A DNA stretch of 64,000 bases from an uncultured Clostridia bacterium. GTDB lineage: Bacteria; Bacillota; Clostridia; Oscillospirales; Oscillospiraceae. The notes under the pieces were generated by a model. That model made no database searches. It was not told the DNA's origin and was given only the letters and a program-made list of their open reading frames with translations. Positions within the stretch are counted from its first letter, which is position 1. The number at the start of each line of letters is the position of its first letter. This document shows positions 18,659-27,241 of the stretch, piece after piece. The stretch spans positions 3,605 through 67,604 of the forward strand of contig CALYRG010000002.1 of the NCBI GenBank assembly GCA_945482615.1, in the 5' to 3' direction. The position numbers and the translations under genes are program-made.

Positions 18659-19933
18659 TTGTTACCTGCCATTATCCTCTTTGCGGCTACCTATATACTG
18701 ATGCTGACCTCCAGTAAGTACCGCCCCTACATCGCCTTGGCTTCCGGTGTGATCTTCATCATCTCCGGTATGCTGCCGTTCAACCAGATCATCGGCGCGC
18801 TGGACTTTAATGTTCTGCTGATGATCGGCGGCACCATGGGCCTTGTGCAGATGTTCATCGACAGCCATATGCCAGAACGTCTGGCTGACATGATTATGAA
18901 CAAGGTCCCCAATGTCCAGTGGGCTGCTGTTTCCCTGAGCCTGTTTGCCGGTATCATCTCCGCATTCGTTGACAATGTGGCTACCGTTCTGATGATTGCT
19001 CCCGTTGCCATCGAAATCTGCAAGAAGCTGAAGACCAATCCAGTTCCCTTCATCATTTCCATCGCCGTTTCCTCGAACTTACAGGGCGCTGCTACTCTGG
19101 TTGGCGATACCACCGCCATTATGCTGGGTTCCGCTTTAGACATGAGCTTCCTGGACTTCATCTGGTATCAGGGTAAGCCTGGTATGTTCTTCATGGTGGA
19201 GCTGGGCGCGGTTTTCTCTGCCTGTATCGTTTACTTCACCTTCCGCAAGGATAAGGGTGCTATCCCCAAGACGGGCAAGATGACCGAAGTCACCGATATG
19301 GTTCCCACTGTGCTGCTGGTCGGTGCTATCGTGCTGCTGATCGTGGCTTCCTTCCTGCCCTTCGAGATGCCCGCTGAGACCAACGGCCTGATCTGCTTTA
19401 CTCTGCTGATCATCGGTCTGATCTACAACTACGCAAAGAAAAAGAATCTGGATGCCATTATGGGACCCTTGAAGGCCGTCGACTTTGAGACTCTGGGACT
19501 GCTGGTTGGCCTGTTTCTGATGATCGGCGGCATCTCCAATATGGGTGTCATCGATGCTCTGGCACAGCTGCTGGCAAAGCTGGGCGCAGGCAATCCCTTC
19601 CTGATGTACACCATCATCGTCTGGGCTTCCGTGCTGATCTCCGCGTTTATCGACAACATCCCCTATGTTGCGACCATGATCCCCGTTATTGCCGGCATCG
19701 CCGCCGAGATGGGCATCGACTCCACCGCTCTGTACTTCGGCCTGCTGTCCGGTGCAACCCTGGGTGGTAACTGCACCCCCATCGGTGCTTCTGCCAATAT
19801 CACCGGTATCGGCATCCTGCGCAAGGAAGGCCACGAAGTCTCCAACGCCGACTTCTTCAAGATCGGTATTCCCTTCACCTTGTCCGCCATCATTCCTGCC
19901 TACATCCTGATCTGGATTTTGTTCGGCATGTAA
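18659..19933 (+). CDS. IT-superfamily (SLC13/ArsB/NhaD-like) permease
   Basis: SAFVDNVATV, SSNLQGAATLVGD, SAFIDNIPY, LGGNCTPIGASAN; many TM helices. Confidence 0.85.
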   Translation: MLPAIILFAATYILMLTSSKYRPYIALASGVIFIISGMLPFNQIIGALDFNVLLMIGGTMGLVQMFIDSHMPERLADMIMNKVPNVQWAAVSLSLFAGIISAFVDNVATVLMIAPVAIEICKKLKTNPVPFIISIAVSSNLQGAATLVGDTTAIMLGSALDMSFLDFIWYQGKPGMFFMVELGAVFSACIVYFTFRKDKGAIPKTGKMTEVTDMVPTVLLVGAIVLLIVASFLPFEMPAETNGLICFTLLIIGLIYNYAKKKNLDAIMGPLKAVDFETLGLLVGLFLMIGGISNMGVIDALAQLLAKLGAGNPFLMYTIIVWASVLISAFIDNIPYVATMIPVIAGIAAEMGIDSTALYFGLLSGATLGGNCTPIGASANITGIGILRKEGHEVSNADFFKIGIPFTLSAIIPAYILIWILFGM

Positions 19934-19995
19934 ATACTGCCGCGATACCATTTGCTTTTGTAGCCGGCAGAAATGTTTTCATCGAAGGGCATGAA

Positions 19996-20177
19996 AAATC
20001 CCCGGTTTTCGGCCCGGGGATTTACGCTTCCATATGTGGTCCTCGTCTGCCTGCACCAACATGGGCAAGCAAGCCCAAACAGCATGGCGTCTTATTGACT
20101 GGTTCAGGCATATAAAACGCCCCCTTCCATGGATTATTCCCCGTATTATACCATGGAAGGGGGGCAATAGTCGATAG
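19996..20177 (-). repeat. Boundary unit copy 3
   Basis: TCGACT (20174-20169)-18 bp-TATAAT (20150-20145); IR arms about 20119-20132 and 20151-20165; dyad 20034-20085; terminator stem 19996-20023. Confidence 0.8.
20022..20111 (-). CDS. 29-aa mini-ORF MPEPVNKTPCCLGLLAHVGAGRRGPHMEA
   Basis: Manual translation; GAAGGGGG RBS; first 18 residues are in register with copies 1 and 2. Confidence 0.6.
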   Translation of the reverse strand: MPEPVNKTPCCLGLLAHVGAGRRGPHMEA

Positions 20178-20553
20178 ACAGGATGGATTTTTCTTGTATT
20201 TGTGGTATTGCCTTTCTTTGCAGTACTGATACTATCAGCAGGGGATTTTGTATCATACTTTATGAAACCATCCTACAGAATTTCTCCGATTTCGCAAATA
20301 AAAGGCAGCGCTATTCTGTTTTCGTTTGAAACACATTTTTCAGCCGCTTATTTTATGAATTGGGAGCTGTTTCTTGCTGGCACACCGGGCAAAATATTGG
20401 GCGCAGATTTGGTGAAACTGCTGCATCAGGGTTTGATCAGCCACATCCACGCATATCAGTCAGGCTCGTGATAAACGCTTACCCATCCTTCTCGCCCCCA
20501 TTCGGAAGCCGCTGCGCACAAAGGGACTTCACTAAAGAGGCGGATCTGATGTA

Positions 20554-20643
20554 ATTCGGGACAACCTGTCCCCCGGCGGCACAGCCGACCTGCTGGCGCT
20601 TGTATATATCCTGCATTTTTTGAAGGAGGAGCCCCATGTGTGA
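20554..20643 (+). pseudogene. citG: CitG (triphosphoribosyl-dephospho-CoA synthase) C-terminal remnant
   Basis: IRDNLSPGGTADLLALVYILHFLKEEPHV* contains the NLSPGGxADLL motif; overlaps the citC start; a stop codon lies immediately upstream. Confidence 0.7.
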
Positions 20644-21679
20644 CTATCCCATTTCCCAGGTTTATCCCTGGGACAAACGAAGTCTTGCCCAAATTGACGC
20701 GCTGCTGCAAAAGGAGGGCATCACCCGGGACGGCAATCTGGACTACATCTGCGCCATGCGGGATGGCAGCGATGAAATCATCGCCACCGGCAGCTGCTTA
20801 GGCTGTACCCTGCGGTGCTTTGCTGTCAGCTCCGAGCATCAGGGAGAAGGACTGCTGAACGAAATCATCTCCCACCTGATTCAGGTGCAGTACGCCCGGG
20901 GCAATATGCACCTGTTTCTGTACACCAAGATCCAATCCGCCAAATTTTTCGGCGATCTGGGCTTTTACGAAATCGCCCGGGTGGACGGCACCCTGGTGTT
21001 TATGGAAAACCGGAAAAGCGGTTTCCCGACGTATCTTAAAAATCTGGAAAAAACAAAAAAAGACGGCGTTTCCGCCGCTCTGGTGATGAACGCCAATCTC
21101 TTTACCCTGGGGCATCAGTATCTGGTGGAGACGGCCGCCGCCAAATGCGATACCCTCCACCTGTTCATCCTCAGTGAGGATGCGTCCCTGGTGCCCTTTG
21201 GGGTGCGAAAACGATTGGTTCAGGAGGGTGTCGCCCACATTCCCAACGTGGTGCTCCACGATCCCGGCCCCTACATCATCAGCAGCGCCACCTTCCCCAG
21301 TTATTTCCTCAAGGACGAGGCAGCTGTCATCGACGGTCACGCCCGGCTGGATCTGGCGGTGTTCACCAGGATTGCCCAGGCGCTGAACGTCACGCAGCGC
21401 TATGTGGGCCAGGAGCCCACCAGTCAGGTGACAGGTCTGTACAACAAGATCATGGCTCAGGAGCTGCCCAAGGCGGGCATCGCCTGCCGCATCATCCCCC
21501 GAAAGGAAGTCTCCGGCAAAGCCATCAGTGCCTCCACCGTCCGGGTTGCCCTGCAAAGCGGGGACTGGGAGCTGCTAAAAACGCTGGTGCCCCCCACCAC
21601 ACTGGACTATTTCACCAGCCCGGAGGCGGCTCCCATTCTGGAGCGCATCCGCAGGGCGGGTGATGTGGTGCATTATTGA
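20636..21679 (+). CDS. citC: [Citrate (pro-3S)-lyase] ligase
   Basis: GNAT-like N-terminus (HQGEGL, HLFLYTK); VMNANLFTLGH, YIISSATFPSYF, RYVGQEP, ISASTVR. Confidence 0.9.
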   Translation: MCDYPISQVYPWDKRSLAQIDALLQKEGITRDGNLDYICAMRDGSDEIIATGSCLGCTLRCFAVSSEHQGEGLLNEIISHLIQVQYARGNMHLFLYTKIQSAKFFGDLGFYEIARVDGTLVFMENRKSGFPTYLKNLEKTKKDGVSAALVMNANLFTLGHQYLVETAAAKCDTLHLFILSEDASLVPFGVRKRLVQEGVAHIPNVVLHDPGPYIISSATFPSYFLKDEAAVIDGHARLDLAVFTRIAQALNVTQRYVGQEPTSQVTGLYNKIMAQELPKAGIACRIIPRKEVSGKAISASTVRVALQSGDWELLKTLVPPTTLDYFTSPEAAPILERIRRAGDVVHY

Positions 21680-21926
21680 CCAAGGTGAAGTCTTCTTTCC
21701 AATATTGCCCCCTGTGCAGCGCACAGGGGGCTTAGCATGTCGTTTCCAAATGAAGCCGGAGCAAGCCGGCTTTTTTTCATGCCCAAAGCATTTCCCGACC
21801 ATCATCCACATACTGTAGCATGGGCCCCCTATACCCTGCGCAATCCCCTCTGGGCTGTTGGCCGCAGCCTGAGCCGGAATCGCCCGTCCCTGGGCGGGAG
21901 GCATGGCCGCGTATTGGGAGGAAGCT

Positions 21927-23186
21927 ATGAAAGGTATTTGCGTTGGAAGCGAGATCACCGCACTCAAGAAGGTACTGCTGCATCGCCCCGGTCGGGAGCT
22001 TCTCAATCTGGTTCCGGCGCGTCTTCCGGAGCTGCTGTTTGACGATGTTCCCTTCCTGAAGGTCGCCCAGCAGGAGCATGACACGTTTGCTCAGATTCTG
22101 CGAAGCAACGGCACCGAGGTCGTCTATCTGGAAGACCTGATGACCGACGTACTGACCCTGCACCCTGAGCTGACGGAGCCCTTTCTCTGCCAGTGGATGA
22201 TCGAGGGCAATATCAAAACCAGGAAATGGCAGGAAAAGCTCTGTACCTACCTGCGGGAGCATTTCCAGGGTAAGGCCCTTGTGGAAAAGACCATGGAGGG
22301 TGTTACTCTGAGGGAGATGGGCGGAGCCTCCGCCTACTCCCTACAGGATCTCATTGCTCCGGCTGACGAGCTGGTTGTGGACCCCATGCCCAACCTGTAC
22401 TTCACCCGGGACCCCTTTGCATCCGTTGGCTCCGGGGTGTTCCTGCACAGGATGCGCTTTCCCATCCGCCGCCGGGAGAGCATTTACGCGGACTACATCC
22501 TGCGATACCACCCGGACTTTGCAGGTCACGTCACCCGCTACTACGACCGGGACTTCCACGCCAGCATCGAGGGCGGTGACGTGCTGAACCTGACGGAGGA
22601 CACCCTGGCCATCGGTATTTCCCAGCGCACCTGCCCCGATGCCATTGAGCTGGCCGCCCGGAACCTGTTCCGGGATCCCGATGCCAGAATCCGCACCGTG
22701 CTGGCCTTTGACATTCCCGAATGCCGGGCCTTCATGCATCTGGACACCGTGTTTACCCAGATCGATGTGAACAAGTACACCGTCCATCCCGCCATTCTGG
22801 GGCCGCTGACCGTCTATGAGATCACTCCCGACCCCAGAGATTCCGGGGAGCTGCGTATCCGCCGCAGGGATGCCGATCTGAGGCACATCCTGGAGGAATA
22901 TACCCATGTGGATGCGGTGGAGCTTATCTACTGCGGTGGAACCGACATGATCGCCGCCGCCCGGGAGCAGTGGAACGACGGCTCCAACACGCTGTGCATC
23001 GCCCCCGGCAAGATCGTTGTCTACGAGCGCAACGATGTCACCAACGAGATCCTGGACAAAGCCGGCGTCCATCTGCTGCAGATGCCTTCTGCCGAGCTGT
23101 CCCGGGGACGCGGCGGCCCCCGCTGTATGTCCATGCCGCTGATCCGGGGGGAATGGCAGGAAACTGTATCAATCTTCAATTGTTAG
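21927..23186 (+). CDS. arcA: Arginine deiminase
   Basis: LLFDD, PMPNLYFTRD, IEGGD, MHLDTVFT, REQWNDGSN, ELSRGRGGPRCMSMP. Confidence 0.96.
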   Translation: MKGICVGSEITALKKVLLHRPGRELLNLVPARLPELLFDDVPFLKVAQQEHDTFAQILRSNGTEVVYLEDLMTDVLTLHPELTEPFLCQWMIEGNIKTRKWQEKLCTYLREHFQGKALVEKTMEGVTLREMGGASAYSLQDLIAPADELVVDPMPNLYFTRDPFASVGSGVFLHRMRFPIRRRESIYADYILRYHPDFAGHVTRYYDRDFHASIEGGDVLNLTEDTLAIGISQRTCPDAIELAARNLFRDPDARIRTVLAFDIPECRAFMHLDTVFTQIDVNKYTVHPAILGPLTVYEITPDPRDSGELRIRRRDADLRHILEEYTHVDAVELIYCGGTDMIAAAREQWNDGSNTLCIAPGKIVVYERNDVTNEILDKAGVHLLQMPSAELSRGRGGPRCMSMPLIRGEWQETVSIFNC

Positions 23187-23195
23187 GAGGATACC

Positions 23196-24188
23196 ATGGG
23201 CATCAATATAAGAGGCCGAAGCTTTCTGACCCTGCTGGACTTCACCCCCGAGGAAATCAACTATCTGCTGGATCTGTCCGACGAATTCAAACGCATGAAG
23301 AATAACGGCATAGCGCACAAGTGGCTCACCGGCAAACAGGTCGTTCTGCTGTTCGAGAAGACCTCCACCCGTACCCGCTGCGCCTTCGAGGTCGGTGCCC
23401 GGGATCTGGGCATGGGTGTCACCTTTCTGGACCCCGGTTCCTCCCAGATGGGCAAAAAGGAGTCCCTGGCTGATACCGCCAAGGTTCTGGGCCGGATGTA
23501 CGACGGCATCGAGTACCGGGGCTTCAAGCAGTCCGTCGTTGAGGATCTTGCCAAGTACTCCGGCGTTCCCGTGTGGAACGGTCTGACCGACGACTTCCAT
23601 CCCACCCAGATGCTGGCTGACATCATGACTGTCCGGGAGGCGTTCGGTGATGTCCGCGGGCGTAAGCTGACCTTCTTCGGGGATGCCCGGAACAACGTCG
23701 CCAACTCCCTGATGGTCGTCTGCGCCAAGCTGGGCATGCACTTCTGTGCCTGCGGCCCCAAGAAGCGGATGCCCGCCGAGGCTCTGGTGGAGAAGTGCCA
23801 GGCTGTTGCCGCCGACACCGGCGCGGTTCTGGAGTTCACCGACGATGTGGCCCAGGGCGCCAGGGACTGCGATGTGCTCTACACCGACATCTGGCTGAGC
23901 ATGGGTGAGCCCGACGAGCTGTGGGCCAAGCGGATCAAGCTGCTGCTGCCCTACCAGGTCAACAGAGAAGTCATGGCTATGGCGAAACCCACCGCCATCT
24001 TCCTGCACTGCCTGCCCTCCTTCCACGACCGTGAGACCACCGTGGGCGAGGATATCTACCGGAAGTTCGGCCTGGAGGCCATGGAAGTCACGGACGACGT
24101 GTTCCTGGGCAAGCAGGCCCGTCAGTTCCAGGAGGCAGAGAATCGTATGCATACCATCAAAGCGGTTATGTATGCGACTCTGAAGTAA
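23196..24188 (+). CDS. arcB: Catabolic ornithine carbamoyltransferase
   Basis: FEKTSTRTRC, HPTQ, DIWLSMG, FLHCLP; position in the arc operon. Confidence 0.93.
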   Translation: MGINIRGRSFLTLLDFTPEEINYLLDLSDEFKRMKNNGIAHKWLTGKQVVLLFEKTSTRTRCAFEVGARDLGMGVTFLDPGSSQMGKKESLADTAKVLGRMYDGIEYRGFKQSVVEDLAKYSGVPVWNGLTDDFHPTQMLADIMTVREAFGDVRGRKLTFFGDARNNVANSLMVVCAKLGMHFCACGPKKRMPAEALVEKCQAVAADTGAVLEFTDDVAQGARDCDVLYTDIWLSMGEPDELWAKRIKLLLPYQVNREVMAMAKPTAIFLHCLPSFHDRETTVGEDIYRKFGLEAMEVTDDVFLGKQARQFQEAENRMHTIKAVMYATLK

Positions 24189-24190
24189 GT

Positions 24191-25129
24191 ATGGCGGAGC
24201 GGATTGTTGTGGCCCTGGGCGGAAACGCCCTGGGCAATTCCCCCGCAGAACAGCTGCTGCTGGTGAAGAACACCGCAAAGCCCATTGTGGACCTGGTGGA
24301 AAAGGGCTATGAAATCGTCATCGGTCACGGCAACGGCCCCCAGGTGGGCATGATCAACCTGGCCATGGAGTTTTCCGCGGGTAAGGTCGGCAAGACCCCC
24401 TATATGCCTTTCCCCGAGTGCGGCGCCATGACCCAGGGCTATATTGGCTACCATCTGCAGCAGGCGATTCAGGAAGAGCTGCGCACTCGCGGCATCCACA
24501 AGCCCTGCGTGACCATCGTCACCCAGGTTGCGGTGGATGCCAACGATCCCGGCTTCCAGAATCCCACCAAACCCGTGGGCAGCTTCTATTCCAGGGAGGA
24601 ATCTGATCGGATTGCAGAAGAAAAGGGCTTTGTGTTCGTGGAGGACGCCGGCAGGGGCTACCGCCGTGTGGTTCCGTCTCCCATTCCCAAGCGGATTGTG
24701 GAGCTGGAGGCTGTGAACTGTCTGGTGGCGTCCGGTGCCATCGTCATCACCGTGGGCGGCGGCGGTATCCCCGTGGTGGAGTCCCCTGAGGGCCTCAGGG
24801 GTGTGGCAGCCGTTATCGACAAGGACCGGGCAAGCTCCCTGCTGGCCCAGGATCTGAAGGCCGACCGTCTGATTATCCTCACCGCTGTGGACCGCGTCTG
24901 CGTAAACTTCAACAAGCCCGACCAGCGGGAGCTGCCCTCCATGACTCTGGCTGAGGCCGAGGCGTACATCGGGCAAGAGCAGTTTGCCCCCGGCAGTATG
25001 CTCCCCAAGGTTCAGTCCTGCATGGAGTTCGTCAAGAATGCTCCCGCCGGAAGCACCGCCCTGATCACTTCCCTTTCCCGGGCTGCCGACGCTCTGGAGG
25101 GCAAGACCGGAACGATCCTGACAAAGTAA
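24191..25129 (+). CDS. arcC: Carbamate kinase
   Basis: ALGGNAL, HGNGPQVG, PTKPVG, GGGGIPV, VIDKD, GSMLPK. Confidence 0.96.
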   Translation: MAERIVVALGGNALGNSPAEQLLLVKNTAKPIVDLVEKGYEIVIGHGNGPQVGMINLAMEFSAGKVGKTPYMPFPECGAMTQGYIGYHLQQAIQEELRTRGIHKPCVTIVTQVAVDANDPGFQNPTKPVGSFYSREESDRIAEEKGFVFVEDAGRGYRRVVPSPIPKRIVELEAVNCLVASGAIVITVGGGGIPVVESPEGLRGVAAVIDKDRASSLLAQDLKADRLIILTAVDRVCVNFNKPDQRELPSMTLAEAEAYIGQEQFAPGSMLPKVQSCMEFVKNAPAGSTALITSLSRAADALEGKTGTILTK

Positions 25130-25227
25130 GACATACATCCGTCTCCGGGAGGGCCGTCTCGGGAATCCCCCGATTCAGCCTTCCGCAGGCACCGAAAATC
25201 CATTATGATCTGAGAGGAGAATGTAAT

Positions 25228-26673
25228 ATGTCTGCTTCCAAGAAAAGACGTTCTGTCAGCACCTTCGCGATCCTTCTGTGCGTTCTGCTGCTGGTTGCCG
25301 CAGCGACCTGGCTGGCTCAGGGCCGTACCTATACGGATCCCGAAACCGGCGAGGCAGCCGAGGTTGTGGCTGTGGGCCTGAGCGACATCCTGATGGCTCC
25401 CATCAACGGCTGGCATGACGCCGGGGACGTCATCGGCTTTGTGTTCTGCCTGGGTGCGTTCCTGTCCCTGGTCACCGCCACCGGCGCTCTGGAAACCGGA
25501 ATTCAGGTTCTGGTAAAGAACCTGAAGGGCAGGGAAATGGCTCTGATCTGGATTCTCATGTTCGTGTTCTCCATTGGCGGTACCACCTATGGTATGGGCG
25601 AGGAAACCGTCGGCTTCTACATCCTGCTTGCCGCGACCATGATGGCCGCCGGCTTTGATCCCCTGGTGGGCGCGGCAACTGTCCTGCTGGGCGCAGGCAG
25701 CGGCGTTCTGGGCTCCACCATCAACCCCTTCGCCACCGGTGCGGCGGTTGCAGCTGCCGGCGTGGATGTCAACATGGGCGTTGTGTATGCCCTGGGCGTT
25801 GTTCTGTGGCTGGTGACGTATTTCATTTCCGCATGCTTCGTATCCAGGTACGCCAAGGCTGTTCGCGACAGGAAGGGCTCCATCCTGACTGCTGCGCAGA
25901 TGGATGCCTGCCGTGCTGCCTACGGCACCTCTGCCGAGATCGATGCGGGCACCAGGCTGACCGGACGCCAGAAGGGCGTTCTCGTGATCTTTGGTCTTGC
26001 CTTCGTAGTCATGATCCTGGGCTTCATTCCCTGGGAAGAGCTGTCCGGGAGCGTGTTCCATGCCTTTGGCTGGTCCGCCGTTCTCACCGGCAACCCCTTC
26101 GGCTGGTGGTGGTTCGACGATGCCGCCATCTGGTTCCTGCTGATGGGCATTCTCATCGGCCTGGTCGGTCTGGACGACAAGGGCAAGATCATGCGCTGCA
26201 TCATCAGCGGCTTTGCCGATATGATCTGCGTCAACCTGGTCATCGCTCTGGCCCGCGCCACCTCCGTTCTGATGAGCGTCTCCGGCCTGGGCACCTGGCT
26301 GGTGGAAGCCTCCGTCACCGCTCTGTCCGCCTCCGGCCTGCCTGCTGCCGTGTTCGGCTTCCTGGATTACCTGCTGCACATCGGCCTGAGCTTCCTGGTT
26401 CCCTCCTCCTCCGGTCTTGCGGGACTGTCCAGCCCCATCGTTTCCCCCATTGTCGCCGGGATGGGCTGGTCTGTGGAGACTTCCATTATGATCAATGTTG
26501 CAGCCAACGGTTTCGTGAATCTGTTCACCCCCACCTGCGGCTTCATCATGGGCGGCCTGGCTCTGGCCCGCATACCCTACGAGACCTGGGTCAAGTGGGC
26601 AGTTAAGGTTCTGGCTGTCATCGGCATCGTCACCGGTGCGATCCTCACTGCTGCCATGCTGGTTCTGAGCTGA
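25228..26673 (+). CDS. arcD: YfcC/DcuC-family arginine/ornithine antiporter
   Basis: GGTTYGMGEET, STINPFATG, PSSSGLA, PTCGFIMGGL; last gene of the arc operon. Confidence 0.8.
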   Translation: MSASKKRRSVSTFAILLCVLLLVAAATWLAQGRTYTDPETGEAAEVVAVGLSDILMAPINGWHDAGDVIGFVFCLGAFLSLVTATGALETGIQVLVKNLKGREMALIWILMFVFSIGGTTYGMGEETVGFYILLAATMMAAGFDPLVGAATVLLGAGSGVLGSTINPFATGAAVAAAGVDVNMGVVYALGVVLWLVTYFISACFVSRYAKAVRDRKGSILTAAQMDACRAAYGTSAEIDAGTRLTGRQKGVLVIFGLAFVVMILGFIPWEELSGSVFHAFGWSAVLTGNPFGWWWFDDAAIWFLLMGILIGLVGLDDKGKIMRCIISGFADMICVNLVIALARATSVLMSVSGLGTWLVEASVTALSASGLPAAVFGFLDYLLHIGLSFLVPSSSGLAGLSSPIVSPIVAGMGWSVETSIMINVAANGFVNLFTPTCGFIMGGLALARIPYETWVKWAVKVLAVIGIVTGAILTAAMLVLS

Positions 26674-26742
26674 TTCGTTCCCGCTCTGCCCGCTCCTGTG
26701 TAAGCGGGCAGAGCCTTCGGGCATATTACCTCTAACAGGACT

Positions 26743-26796
26743 GCCCCCTGACCTGCACTGCAAAGGTGCCGCAGCAGGTCAGGGGGCTTTGTCGAT
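26743..26796 (-). repeat. Boundary unit copy 4 (decayed: ATCGAC plus inverted repeat only)
   Basis: gccccctgacctgc-17 bp-gcaggtcagggggc followed by tttgtcgat, nearly identical to the copy 1 arms; the -10 and the LAHV ORF are absent. Confidence 0.65.
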
Positions 26797-26815
26797 TGTT
26801 TTTTGGAGCTTCCGT

Positions 26816-26980
26816 TTAATTGCAGTGGGCCAGAACGAAGGACACCATTTCATCGATGCAGTCCTCGCACTGGGGATAGACACCGGTGTTGTTGATGTAG
26901 GCGTGGCCGAACCCCTTGTAGAGCACCATTTTCGTCTCCACTCCGGCCCGGTGCAGCTTCACGCCGTAGCCCAGGGTCTC
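26816..26980 (-). pseudogene. Alpha/beta-hydrolase (HSL-like esterase) C-terminal remnant
   Basis: ETLGYGVKLHRAGVETKMVLYKGFGHAY...CIDEMVSFVLAHCN* matches the Y..KL..AGV......Y.G..H.F tail; no 5' part. Confidence 0.6.
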
Positions 26981-27241
26981 CTGCCTTCAGCAAACCAGAA
27001 ATGGGCCCTGCTCCAATCCGTAAGATTCCCGGCTTTCCGTCCCTGTCGGGCTTTCAGTTACATTTTGCGCTGGAAAATGTCGAAAAAGATCGAAAAAAAT
27101 GTTGATTTTTATCAATAAATGTAAAAATTTATGTTGTGAAAGGCTTATCACAATGGTATAATGTAACAAACTGCAAGCCGACATTGTTTGAACGCCCCGC
27201 AATGTTTCATTCATGCATCATACTGGTAGAAGGAGCACAAT

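Noticed and set aside
4973-20085. Boundary units as a CRISPR array or REP elements
   Set aside because: Copies are 6-9 kb apart, diverged, and contain a promoter and an ORF; no cas genes or regular spacers
27134-27153. Rex or CcpA site
   Set aside because: The spacer is 8 bp instead of 6 for Rex, and the central CG of a cre site is missing; kept only as an unassigned dyad
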